From: a bacterium
Lineage (GTDB): Bacteria; Patescibacteriota; Saccharimonadia; Saccharimonadales; Saccharimonadaceae
DNA length: 64,000 nucleotides
Reading direction: 5' to 3'
Assembly: GCA_963623485.1 (NCBI GenBank)
Contig: CAVFLV010000014.1
Location: 6,461-70,460 of the forward strand
Shown: one piece after another, positions 55,772-64,000 of the stretch
How positions within the stretch are numbered: the stretch's first letter is position 1
Layout of the letters: every line of letters starts with the position of its first letter
Notes under the pieces: model-generated
What the model was told of the DNA's origin: nothing
Seen by the model: the letters and a program-made list of their open reading frames with translations, nothing else
Databases searched by the model: none
Position numbers and translations under genes: made by a program

Positions 55772-57070
55772 CTACACCACCCTCACCGGCAAAACCCACC
55801 CCTTGCCATAAGTTTTCTCCATAAAGCGATACCGCGCCCCGACCCAATTTAACAGATACTCCACTTCTTCGTCAAAATCACGCCTGCCCCACTTTTCGCC
55901 GTCTTTTATCGCCGCCTCACGAATTAAGTTCGCCGTCTCGCCAATCGAATATACCAGCTCTGCCCAGCGCCCCGACATCCGCTCCCGCCACACCCGCTCG
56001 ACCTCTGCCCTAAACTCCGGAATATCCACTAACAGATATAGTAGTTTCGAAATATGACTCCCGTTTTCCGACCAAGCCCTCTCTCGCTGCGCTTGGTCCA
56101 CCTCTGGACTATGAAAATTCACCAAACCGTCCGTCCACCACCAATCCAAATTCCCCAGCGCAAAATCAAAATCCCACGCCGGCCCGGCATGAATTTTATC
56201 CTCCGCGCCGTCCTTATAGAAATAAAAACTCGACGCAAACGCATCTGGGTTGTTCGTAAACTCCGAAATCAAAAAATATTGCGCCAACGACTCCACGTCC
56301 GCCACTTTCGCTACGCTCGCAAAATCACCCGCCTCCGCCGCCTGTTCCAAAAGGTCAAAATTCGCCATAAACGCTTCCATCGCCGCCACCTCTGTTTCCT
56401 CGTCCTCCACTACCGCCTCCACTAACTTCATGCAACTTCCCAAATAACTAAAATAACACCCCCCTTCAGCCTGATGCAAACTATCCAGCTCCACCAGCAC
56501 CCCAAGTTCATCTCTTAAATCCACTCGCTCCTTGCCGATTTCGATTTTATCCATCAAATAATACAGCCCCTCGTAGTCGCCGTCCAGATACAGCTCCACA
56601 AACTTACCCCTGTTTGTATATTTTTCGCCGAGCATCTCCGCAATCGTCATCGCCGTGTCGTCCCTTAAATAACTCATATCCAGCGAATTACTCCTTAACA
56701 CCCACTTTTTAGCCTCGCCCAGCCCAAAAACATCTATTTTTTTCGCAAATTTCAGCTGAAATGGCTTTTTCTCTTGCAAAAACGTCGAATTCCCGCGCAG
56801 TTTAATCTCCAGATTTTGCGCCACGGTGATTTTGCCTTGCTCATCCGTCAAAATCCCCACATTATTACTAAATTTTTCCGTTTTGTCCGCCATTTTCAGC
56901 TCGTCCGCCGTGATATTCAAAAGCTCAATCTCAATTTTCGCAATTTTTGGCGTTTTTCCAGCTTCCACCGCTGTTTTTTGATACCAAAAAATCCCCAAAA
57001 CCGCCAACAACACTACCAATGCGCCGCCCAAAATCAGCCCAATTTTGCGCAAAAGCCTGTGTTTTTCCAT
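55772..57070 (-). CDS. CotH-family protein (atypical kinase fold), membrane-anchored
   Basis: N-terminal TM. ..GKFVELYLDGDYEGLYYLMDKIE.. and ..NPDAFASSFYFYKD..PAWDFDFALG.. match CotH blocks. Confidence 0.65.
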   Translation of the reverse strand: MEKHRLLRKIGLILGGALVVLLAVLGIFWYQKTAVEAGKTPKIAKIEIELLNITADELKMADKTEKFSNNVGILTDEQGKITVAQNLEIKLRGNSTFLQEKKPFQLKFAKKIDVFGLGEAKKWVLRSNSLDMSYLRDDTAMTIAEMLGEKYTNRGKFVELYLDGDYEGLYYLMDKIEIGKERVDLRDELGVLVELDSLHQAEGGCYFSYLGSCMKLVEAVVEDEETEVAAMEAFMANFDLLEQAAEAGDFASVAKVADVESLAQYFLISEFTNNPDAFASSFYFYKDGAEDKIHAGPAWDFDFALGNLDWWWTDGLVNFHSPEVDQAQRERAWSENGSHISKLLYLLVDIPEFRAEVERVWRERMSGRWAELVYSIGETANLIREAAIKDGEKWGRRDFDEEVEYLLNWVGARYRFMEKTYGKGWVLPVRVV

Positions 57071-57088
57071 TTTTTTATTATAACAGAC

Positions 57089-57748
57089 TTACACCGCGTC
57101 CGCAAACACCACCAGCCGGTGCGACGCCCCGCCCTTGCCGTCCGGCGTTCCCGCGCAGGTCATCAGCGCCACGTCATGCCCGAGCGCCGTCCGTGCAATT
57201 TTATTCATCAACATTGGCGTGCCGTTCAGTCGCCCGTCCGCCGTCTTTTCGTATAATTGAACGTCTGCCACGCGGTAAGTTTTAGCCACGCCTGCCTCTG
57301 TTATAGTGATTGTCTCACCCACATATCGCGCGCTCAAATTCCCGAGCAACCTCGCCGAGTTATGCCCATAAACCAATTTTTGGTACCGATAAATATCACT
57401 ATAACTCAAATTGCTCGCGAGCGCCACGTATTCGTCCTGCGAATTCACAATTTTCGTAATCGTATAATTCACCTGCGCCGGAGTCGTTGCGGTCGTGGTC
57501 GCGGGCTGACTAGCCGCCCCAGTCGATACACCAGTTCCAGCCGCAGGCGCCTCGGAAGAGTTCTCGCCCTCCCCATTCAAAACCACGCACACCCTATCAT
57601 CACCAGATTTCAGCCCGTTCGTACACGTCTCCACTCCTTGAAAATCCACCGCCGACACCATGAAAGTATCCGCTTGTGCCAAAGTTTCAGGTACAAAAGT
57701 AATCCCTAAAATCGCCGAAAATAGCATTAAAAAAAGGCGCTTCGCCAT
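57089..57748 (-). CDS. sortase-family transpeptidase (class E/F-like)
   Basis: Signal peptide, VYGHNS (His), ALMTCAG (catalytic Cys), HRLVVFA (Arg). Confidence 0.65.
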   Translation of the reverse strand: MAKRLFLMLFSAILGITFVPETLAQADTFMVSAVDFQGVETCTNGLKSGDDRVCVVLNGEGENSSEAPAAGTGVSTGAASQPATTTATTPAQVNYTITKIVNSQDEYVALASNLSYSDIYRYQKLVYGHNSARLLGNLSARYVGETITITEAGVAKTYRVADVQLYEKTADGRLNGTPMLMNKIARTALGHDVALMTCAGTPDGKGGASHRLVVFADAV

Positions 57749-57906
57749 GTTAACTCCTCTATGACCAATTTATCCTTCTATTATAGCACACTTTGCCAAA
57801 AAAGTCAACCGGCACGCTGATGCATATTATCGCAGAATAATAACAACTCAACCCCCGTCTTGTAAAAAGACCCAACCAGTGCTAAAATTAAGAAAAAGGA
57901 GGTTTT

Positions 57907-58872
57907 GTGAGCCGTTTTGATGACCAATACATTGATTTATGTCGCCGAATTTTGTCTTCGGGCGAGAAAATCACCAATTACGCGGGGCAGGACCACCGTT
58001 CGGCCGGCTCGGCTTTTGCCATCCCCGACCACACCTCTCAGCGCAGTTCCGGCGCTAAGACTCTCCGCCTTCCGCACGAAATCCTCAAATTCGACCTCTC
58101 TGAAGAATTTCCGATTTTAGTTTCGAAAAAAGTCGGCTTCAAATCCGCAGTTTTAGAGCTCCTTTGGATTTATCAAGCCGCCTCGAACGATGTTCGCTGG
58201 CTGACCGAGCGCGGAGTTCATATCTGGGACGAATGGGAAGTTTCCGCCACCGGTGAATATCAGGGGCGGAATTTAAACGCGATCTTCGCTTCGCGCCACC
58301 CCGACCTGCTGCCCGAAGATTTTGCGCACACTATCGGCACGGCCTATGGCTGGATCGTAAATAAATATCATCTAATTGACAATCTTATCGAAACATTGCG
58401 TAGCAACCCGGGCAACCGCCGAATGGTGCTTTCTCTCTGGCAAAACGAGTGGCTCGAAACCGCCGCTCTGCCGTCTTGCGTCTGGAATTCGCAGTGGAAC
58501 TTGATCGACGGGCGCCTTAACGTCCTCGTCACTTCCCGCTCCACCGATGTTCCGCTAGGTCTCCCCTTTAATATTGTTCAATATGCCGTATTGTGCCATC
58601 TTATCGCCCAAGTTGTCGGCGCTCAGCCGGGGCAATTCACTTTTATCACGAACGACGCGCATATCTACGAAAACCAAATTCCAGGGATAAAAGAGCAAAT
58701 CGAGCGTTATGACAAGGCGGTGAAAACCGGCACGCTCCCGCCCGCCCCTGTTCTCAAACTAAATCCCGAAATTACCGAATTTGCCGATTTTGATAATTCC
58801 CGTGAGCTAAAAGACATAAAATTGGAGGGTTACGAGCATCTTGGCGTCATCAAAATGCCCGTAACAGAGTAA
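57907..58872 (+). CDS. thyA: thymidylate synthase (ThyA type)
   Basis: RRMVLSLWQ, LPSC, SRSTDVPLGLPFNI, DAHIYENQ. GTG start after AAGGAGG. Confidence 0.92.
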   Translation: MSRFDDQYIDLCRRILSSGEKITNYAGQDHRSAGSAFAIPDHTSQRSSGAKTLRLPHEILKFDLSEEFPILVSKKVGFKSAVLELLWIYQAASNDVRWLTERGVHIWDEWEVSATGEYQGRNLNAIFASRHPDLLPEDFAHTIGTAYGWIVNKYHLIDNLIETLRSNPGNRRMVLSLWQNEWLETAALPSCVWNSQWNLIDGRLNVLVTSRSTDVPLGLPFNIVQYAVLCHLIAQVVGAQPGQFTFITNDAHIYENQIPGIKEQIERYDKAVKTGTLPPAPVLKLNPEITEFADFDNSRELKDIKLEGYEHLGVIKMPVTE

Positions 58873-58873
58873 A

Positions 58874-59350
58874 ATGTTTAGTTTAATCGCTTGTATCGGC
58901 AAAAATCGCGAAATCGGCCATAGGGGTCAGCTGATTTTCCATATCAAAGACGATATGCGCTTTTTCCGCGAAACCACCTCTGGGCACCCGATTTTGATGG
59001 GGCGAAAAACTTGGGAAAGTTTGCCCGGAAAATTACCGGAACGCGAAAATATCGTGGTTTCGAGCGAGACTGTCTCCGGCGCCGACCGCACAATTTCAGA
59101 TTTATCGGCTTTTATCTCTGAAAATGCCGACTCCGACCCAGAAATTTTCGTCATCGGCGGCGGTATGATTTACAAAAAATTGCTGCCCTTCGCAAAAACC
59201 CTCTATTTAACCGAAGTCGAGGCTTCCGCCCCTGATGCCGATACCTTTTTTCCTGATTTTAATCCCGAAAATTATACCAAAACTTTAATCAAGAAAGGCA
59301 TCGAAAATGATTTAGCGTTTTCTATCTACCGATACGATATCAAAGGGTAA
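58874..59350 (+). CDS. folA: dihydrofolate reductase
   Basis: IGKNREIG..MRFFRETTSGHPILMGRKTWESLP, VIGGG. Confidence 0.92.
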   Translation: MFSLIACIGKNREIGHRGQLIFHIKDDMRFFRETTSGHPILMGRKTWESLPGKLPERENIVVSSETVSGADRTISDLSAFISENADSDPEIFVIGGGMIYKKLLPFAKTLYLTEVEASAPDADTFFPDFNPENYTKTLIKKGIENDLAFSIYRYDIKG

Positions 59351-59364
59351 AATAAGGAGTAAAA

Positions 59365-60729
59365 ATGAAAGATTTAGTATTCAATTTGATAGAAAACGAA
59401 AAAACTCGCCAAAGCGAGGGGCTAGAGCTCATTCCGAGCGAAAATTACGTCTCGGGCGCGGTTCTTGAGGCTATGGGGTCAGTCTTGACCAATAAATATT
59501 CCGAGGGCTACCCCTGTTTTGACGGCACCGGTGTCGAGGACAGCTTGGCGGAAGAAAAAATCGCCGATGAAATCCTGCCCAATTTCCGCTATTACGGGGG
59601 TCAGGACAATGTCGACCGTATCGAGCGCCTCTGTATCAACCGCGCCTGTCGTCTGTTCCATGCAGATCACGCCAATGTTCAGCCTCACTCTGGCGCCAAC
59701 GCCAACGAAGCGGTCTATTTCGCTTGGTGTGACCCAGGGGACAAAATCCTCGCCATGTCTCTGCCTGCCGGCGGGCATCTAACCCACGGCTCCCCTGTTA
59801 CCCGCTCGGCCAAGATTTACAACTTTATCAGCTACGGCGTCACCGCTGACGGCGATATCGACTACGACGAATTAGAGAAAAAAGCCCTAGCCGAACAGCC
59901 CAAAATCGTGCTTGTCGGCTACTCCGCGTTCATGAAAATCCCCGATTTCGCACGTATTGCCGCCTTGCAGGCGCAGTTACCCCAAACCTTGTTCATGGCC
60001 GATATGGCGCACGTCGCAGGCCTTATCGCCGGCGGAGCGCATCCGAACCCCTTGGACTTCGGTTTTCACGTCATGACCACAACTACGCACAAAACTCTGC
60101 GCGGACCACGCGGCGGACTGATTTTATCCAAGGGTAATGTCGACACCCCCTTAAGAAAACCCGAAAAAACGCTTGAAAACATCCCGATTTTAATCGATCG
60201 CGCAGTTTTCCCTGGCACTCAGGGCGGGCCCCTAGAGCACGTCATCGCGGCCAAAGCCGTCGCCTTCGGCGAAGCCTTGAAACCAGAATTTAAAGATTAC
60301 GCTGTCAAAATCGTCGAAAATGCCAAGATTTTAGCGACGGAACTTAAAAACCATGGGTTTATTTTACAGGGAGACGGCACCGAAAATCACCTGATTTTGA
60401 TCAATATTAAAGACAGTTTCGGCATCGACGGCAAAACTTACGAAAAAGCCCTCGATATGGTCGGCTTAAATCTAAATGCCAACGCCCTACCTTCGGACAA
60501 GGGTGGCGCTTTTCGCCCCTCGGGCGTACGCCTCGGCACTCCGGCGATTACCACCCGTGGTCTTGGCGCGGCAGAAATGAAACTTCTGGCCGGCTGGATG
60601 AAACAGGTTGCCGACATCTGTAAAAAAGCCGAAACCGACGAAAATCTCGCAAATTTCGCCTCGGAACTCAGCAATATCCGCGCTGGGGTTCGCGAAACTG
60701 CGCTGAAATTCCCCGTGCCAGGCATTTAA
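59365..60729 (+). CDS. glyA: serine hydroxymethyltransferase
   Basis: LELIPSENY, TTTTHKTLRGPRGG (PLP Lys). About 20 aa inserted before RYYGG. Confidence 0.95.
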   Translation: MKDLVFNLIENEKTRQSEGLELIPSENYVSGAVLEAMGSVLTNKYSEGYPCFDGTGVEDSLAEEKIADEILPNFRYYGGQDNVDRIERLCINRACRLFHADHANVQPHSGANANEAVYFAWCDPGDKILAMSLPAGGHLTHGSPVTRSAKIYNFISYGVTADGDIDYDELEKKALAEQPKIVLVGYSAFMKIPDFARIAALQAQLPQTLFMADMAHVAGLIAGGAHPNPLDFGFHVMTTTTHKTLRGPRGGLILSKGNVDTPLRKPEKTLENIPILIDRAVFPGTQGGPLEHVIAAKAVAFGEALKPEFKDYAVKIVENAKILATELKNHGFILQGDGTENHLILINIKDSFGIDGKTYEKALDMVGLNLNANALPSDKGGAFRPSGVRLGTPAITTRGLGAAEMKLLAGWMKQVADICKKAETDENLANFASELSNIRAGVRETALKFPVPGI

Positions 60730-60874
60730 AGTTAAAAATCGGCATTCTAAACCATGCCAAATCTTCTCGTTCATTTCCGCCACCCTCGGGCAAAGGCAGG
60801 ATTTTCCTGGCATTTCAGTTCGCGCCAATTTTTGCCTATGCTAAACGGCAAAAGTGTGCTATAATATAAGTAGT

Positions 60875-60950
60875 GGGGCGTTAGCTCAGCTGATAGAGCG
60901 CTGCATTCGCATTGCAGAGGTCAGGAGTTTGAATCTCCTACGCTCCACCA
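60875..60950 (+). tRNA. tRNA-Ala (anticodon CGC)
   Basis: Acceptor GGGGCGT/ACGCTCC with G3:U70, anticodon loop TTCGCAT, encoded ACCA. TGTGCTATAAT promoter 10 nt upstream. Confidence 0.9.
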
Positions 60951-60956
60951 CTTTTT

Positions 60957-60976
60957 AGCTCTAACAGAGCTTTTTT
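60957..60976 (+). terminator. intrinsic terminator after tRNA-Ala
   Basis: agctct / agagct stem followed by tttttt. Confidence 0.65.
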
Positions 60977-60994
60977 GATGACAAAATTTCCGTT

Positions 60995-61356
60995 CCGGCC
61001 GTGGAACAACCGATAGGATTTTCTTCATTTTGGCTGTGGGACAACCGCTTTTGCTCGCAAACAGACATCTGTTATCTGAATGCTAAAGTTTTCGCTTTTC
61101 GAAGCATGTAAAATTTCCCAGAGAAAAAATCCAACTCCCCGGACTGAGAACTGGATAGTCCCAGTTCGAAGTCCGACGGGAGTTGGATTTTTGAACTTGG
61201 CGAAATTTTATCGCTGAGAAAAGCAAAACTTTAACATTTTCTCTAACTTTCGTCGCGCCGGCCGTGGAACAACCATAAAAACCTTCCTACTTTCCGTTTC
61301 TGCTGTGGGAGAACCGCAAAAACCTTTCCACTTTTCGAACCGGCTGTGGGAGAACC
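60995..61356 (+). repeat. five dispersed copies of a 15-17-nt motif GGC(C/T)GTGG(A/G)A(C/G)AACC in a non-coding region
   Basis: Copies: ccggccgtggaacaacc at 60995-61011 and, identically, at 61258-61274. tggctgtgggacaacc at 61031-46. tgctgtgggagaacc at 61301-15. cggctgtgggagaacc at 61341-56. The last three sit in ~41-nt tandem units. Confidence 0.8.
61125..61192. other. 28-bp imperfect hairpin flanked by A-run and T-run (candidate small RNA or bidirectional terminator)
   Basis: aaaaatccaactccc/gggagttggattttt (15 bp), cggact/agtccg (6 bp) and gaactgg/ccagttc (7 bp) with a 6-nt loop. TGTAAAAT extended -10 at 61107-14. Confidence 0.3.
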
Positions 61357-61360
61357 AAAA

Positions 61361-61385
61361 AAATAAACCCCATAGGGGTTTATTT
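61361..61385. terminator. bidirectional terminator downstream of rpsI
   Basis: aaataaacccc-ata-ggggtttattt, an 11-bp perfect stem with T-runs on both strands. Confidence 0.8.
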
Positions 61386-61403
61386 TCTGAGAAAAGCGAG
61401 AAT

Positions 61404-61805
61404 TTAACGCTTCGAGAACTGCTCGCGTCGTCGTGCTGAGCGCAAACCGTATTTTTTGCGTTCCTTTTCGCGAGGATCGCGCTTCATCATGCCTGCCTTC
61501 TTGAGCACAGGGCGAAGATCCGGCGCTTCCACGGTTAGAGCCTTCGAAATCGCGAGTTTAATCGCATCGACTTGTCCAGCTAAACCGCCGCCTTTTACCA
61601 CGACAGTAATATCATACTCTTTTTGCTTTTCAGCTAGAGCTAGCGGATCGGTGATTTCCGCGAGATAAGTTTTGTTTCCCGACAGATAATCTAACGCCGG
61701 CTTACCGTTGATGGTTAGCTCGCCCTTACCGCTGTAAAGTCGCGCCGTCGCCGTCGCGCTCTTGCGTCGACCAAGGCCATAGGTGTATTTCTTCGTCGCA
61801 ACCAT
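61404..61805 (-). CDS. rpsI: 30S ribosomal protein S9
   Basis: Ends ..RREQFSKR. GGG..GQ motif. Confidence 0.97.
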   Translation of the reverse strand: MVATKKYTYGLGRRKSATATARLYSGKGELTINGKPALDYLSGNKTYLAEITDPLALAEKQKEYDITVVVKGGGLAGQVDAIKLAISKALTVEAPDLRPVLKKAGMMKRDPREKERKKYGLRSARRREQFSKR

Positions 61806-62230
61806 TATTTAATCTCCTTTGGGCATTGCGCCATGTGCGTGTGCTCCGCGCCGTCAAACACGCGTAGCCGCTTCAGGCGTTCCGCCGCCAATTTATTTTT
61901 CGGAAGCATACCCTTGACCGCTGCTTCAATCGCGCACTCCGGATATTTTTCAATCATTTCCTCGAGCTTTAACTCTTTCAAACCACCCGGGAAACCGCTA
62001 TGTCGATAGTATTTTTTCTGAACCATCTTGTCGCCGGTCACCGTGATTTGCTTGGCATTAATCACGACCACGTAATCACCGTTGTCGATATGTGGGGTGT
62101 AGGTCACTTTCGACTTCCCCATCAACTTGTCGGCAATCACTACCGCGAGCTTACCAAGAGGCATGCTCGAAGCGTCGACAATCCACCATTCGCGATTAAT
62201 TTCGCTTGCTTTTTGAGAATAAGTTTTCAT
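61805..62230 (-). CDS. rplM: 50S ribosomal protein L13
   Basis: REWWIVDA.., YYRHSGFPGG. Confidence 0.97.
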   Translation of the reverse strand: MKTYSQKASEINREWWIVDASSMPLGKLAVVIADKLMGKSKVTYTPHIDNGDYVVVINAKQITVTGDKMVQKKYYRHSGFPGGLKELKLEEMIEKYPECAIEAAVKGMLPKNKLAAERLKRLRVFDGAEHTHMAQCPKEIK

Positions 62231-62712
62231 TACTTGTCCTCCTTCTCAACTTTTTGCGCGGACGCAGGAGCTTTTTCGGTAGCTTTTTCAACGACCTTTT
62301 TGGCAACTTTTTTGTCAGTTTTGACTTCTTTTGCTGGTTTTTCAACCGTCAAATCGATGTCATCAACAAAACTAATCGTTCCCATCTCCGCGTTGTCGCC
62401 TCGGCGGAAACCCGCGTGTTCGATTCGTAAATATCCACTGTCGTGTTTAACTTGCGGAGCAATTACGTCGAACAACAGCCCTGCAATTTCTACGCTGCCA
62501 AGCCGAGCGATCGCCAGCCGGCGGTTATGTAAGCCACCTTTTTTCGCCAGCGTAATCATCTTCTCAGTTTCGCGTCGAATTTCTTTGCACCGAGCCAAAG
62601 TTGTAGTTATCATTTGATATTCAATGAGTGAGCACATCAACCCTTGTCGGAGTGCCCGCCTCTGATCTGTTTCGCGGCCGAATTTTCGACCTCTGTATCC
62701 ATGACGATGCAT
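62230..62712 (-). CDS. rplQ: 50S ribosomal protein L17 with Lys/Glu/Ala-rich C-terminal extension
   Basis: MHRHGYRGRKFGRETDQRRAL.. N-terminus. About 40 extra C-terminal residues. Confidence 0.95.
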   Translation of the reverse strand: MHRHGYRGRKFGRETDQRRALRQGLMCSLIEYQMITTTLARCKEIRRETEKMITLAKKGGLHNRRLAIARLGSVEIAGLLFDVIAPQVKHDSGYLRIEHAGFRRGDNAEMGTISFVDDIDLTVEKPAKEVKTDKKVAKKVVEKATEKAPASAQKVEKEDK

Positions 62713-62713
62713 T

Positions 62714-63664
62714 TTAAATATTTAACTCCGTTAACTTTTCTTTTACTTCATCCAGGGCTTTCTGACCAAAACCTTTCAAATCCTTCAAATCGGTCTCTGA
62801 TAAGGTTACGAGGTCGCGAATTGTGCGAATGTCGTTATTGAGAAGTGCATTGGCGGTACGTGCCGACAAATCCAATTCCTCAATTGGCAACATCAAGCCA
62901 GAATCATCTTCCGCTTCATTCGCCCCAGGGGTTGGCGCCGATTCGACCTTCGTCCCACCGGCCAGCGCCGTATATTGATTGACCAAAATCGCCGCCGCTT
63001 CTTCGAAAGCATCTTTTGGCGTGATGGTTCCATCGGTGTCGATAGTTAGAGTCAGTTGTTGCAAGTTAGTATCTTGCCCGACCCGCGTGTTCTCTACTTT
63101 GTAGCGCACGCGCAAAACCGGTGTAAATACTGCGTCAATCGCAATCATATCCGAATGAACGCGGTCTTCGCTCGCTTGGTCAATCGTTAAGTAGCCTCGC
63201 CCACTTTCTACCACAAAATGCATCTTTAGTACAGTTTTCGGGTCGTCAATATGACAAATCACTTGGTTTGGATTCGCAATTTCGACTTCTGCCGGCAATT
63301 TAATATCACCAGCAATCACCCGCTTGTCACCGTCTTTTTCGGATTGCTTGTCGCCCTTCATCTCGAGAGAAAGTTCAACTGGCGCATCCGTGTGCATTTT
63401 AAAGCGAATGTTTTTGAGGTTCAACATGATATCCATCATATCTTCCCGTACCCCAGGAATTGTGGTGAATTCATGAGTTACGCCCTCAACCGAAAAGGCC
63501 GTAATCGCTGCACCCTTCACGCTCGAAAGGAGCACCCGACGTAGAGAGTTGCCCAAAGTATTGCCATAGCCATAATAAAGTGGCTTAATCACAAACTCTG
63601 CGCTAGTCTCGCTCAGTTCCTTAACGCTGTCGAGCTTTGCTTCGTGAATATTTTTTGTAGTCAT
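62714..63664 (-). CDS. rpoA: DNA-directed RNA polymerase subunit alpha
   Basis: GYGNTLGNSLRRVLLSS NTD. CTD ELDLSARTANALLNNDIRTIRDLV..LKGFGQKALDEVKEKL. Confidence 0.97.
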   Translation of the reverse strand: MTTKNIHEAKLDSVKELSETSAEFVIKPLYYGYGNTLGNSLRRVLLSSVKGAAITAFSVEGVTHEFTTIPGVREDMMDIMLNLKNIRFKMHTDAPVELSLEMKGDKQSEKDGDKRVIAGDIKLPAEVEIANPNQVICHIDDPKTVLKMHFVVESGRGYLTIDQASEDRVHSDMIAIDAVFTPVLRVRYKVENTRVGQDTNLQQLTLTIDTDGTITPKDAFEEAAAILVNQYTALAGGTKVESAPTPGANEAEDDSGLMLPIEELDLSARTANALLNNDIRTIRDLVTLSETDLKDLKGFGQKALDEVKEKLTELNI

Positions 63665-63676
63665 ACCCTTTTCTCC

Positions 63677-64000
63677 TTAACGTGAGTAATACTCAACAAT
63701 TAATTGTTCGTTAATGCCCGGTTCTGCCTCTTCACGTTTTGGCAAGCCCGTAATTTCAATTTTCATTTTCTTCGCATCGACCTTCATCCACGACAACGTC
63801 ACTGGGTTCGCTGCCCCGATTACATTCGGAAGATTCTTGAAATATTCAGTTTTTCCAGAGTGCGCTCTAACTTCTAATACGTCGCCAGGTTTCAACCGGA
63901 TGGACGGCACATCAATTTTGCGTCCATTCAAGGTGAAATGTCCGTGCGAAACCAGTTGGCGTGCTTGGCGCCTGGTCAATGCAAATCCCGCGCGATATAC
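63677..64000 (-). CDS. rpsD: 30S ribosomal protein S4, C-terminal part (runs off the right edge)
   Basis: ARQLVSHGHFTLNGRKIDVPS S4 domain. Frame open to base 64000. Confidence 0.93.
   Translation of the reverse strand, partial: VYRAGFALTRRQARQLVSHGHFTLNGRKIDVPSIRLKPGDVLEVRAHSGKTEYFKNLPNVIGAANPVTLSWMKVDAKKMKIEITGLPKREEAEPGINEQLIVEYYSR

Noticed and set aside
59510-59590. ~20-aa insertion in GlyA before RYYGG as a second palindromic-element insertion like the one in tatD
   Set aside because: I found no terminal inverted repeats or marked GC shift in the DNA. It is more likely an ordinary lineage-specific loop.
60995-61356. Possible degenerate CRISPR array (repeated GGCYGTGGRASAACC motif with ~20-25-nt spacers)
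   Set aside because: The repeats are only 15-17 nt long and degenerate. Spacing is irregular (36, 227, 43 and 40 nt). Part of the region is a simple ~41-nt tandem duplication. No cas genes or leader are nearby.

Overview
64-kb chromosomal window from a small, streamlined bacterium. By inference only, it looks like a Patescibacteria/CPR, Saccharibacteria-like organism. The basis is minimal lipid and nucleotide-salvage genes, queuosine salvage, Lys/Glu/Ala-rich tails on ribosomal and Sec proteins, sortase, CotH and adhesin-like surface proteins, many TGnTATAAT promoters and many leaderless genes. Standard code 11 fits throughout. About 60 protein genes, mostly on the minus strand, and 6 tRNAs (Gln-CTG, Thr-TGT, Tyr-GTA, Thr-GGT, Ala-GGC, Ala-CGC). 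Core content: typA, tatD, dCMP deaminase, ung, tmk, two ABC exporter half-pairs, tgt-queA-queH, cysS, nrnA, pgsA, cdsA, an acyl-CoA ligase, recR-ybaB-dnaB-dnaX, a sufS-like gene, a split secE-nusG-rplK / rplA / rplJL cluster, glgP-like, rmuC, rubrerythrin, a CDF transporter, holB, rluD, trpS, CotH, sortase, thyA-folA-glyA and rpsI-rplM-rplQ-rpoA-rpsD. Accessory or unusual parts: (1) The top candidate is an AT-rich insert at 24.5-26.4 kb. It carries an unannotated 19-codon Cys-rich mini-ORF (MKKRRFRVRIGKGSCCRCE), an attenuator hairpin, a radical SAM/SPASM enzyme and a frameshifted methyltransferase, which is a minimal RiPP-like system. (2) Two tandem paralogous surface proteins (0.2-4.3 kb) each have a simple-sequence tract (G9 and (GA)8.5) between the first ATG and the signal anchor. 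One is in frame and one is out of frame. (3) A cassette island (46.9-52.1 kb) lies next to tRNA-Tyr, which has a duplicated 3' end. It contains a nonsense-mutated PD-(D/E)xK toxin-like gene, an alphaCTD-sigma4-alphaCTD fusion protein and several orphan genes, each with its own consensus promoter and terminator. (4) A GC-rich palindromic element is inserted in frame in tatD. (5) An orphan gene cassette splits rplK from rplA. (6) Two structured non-coding regions lie at 42.9-43.0 kb and 60.98-61.4 kb. No rRNA, CRISPR array, transposase or integrase was seen.
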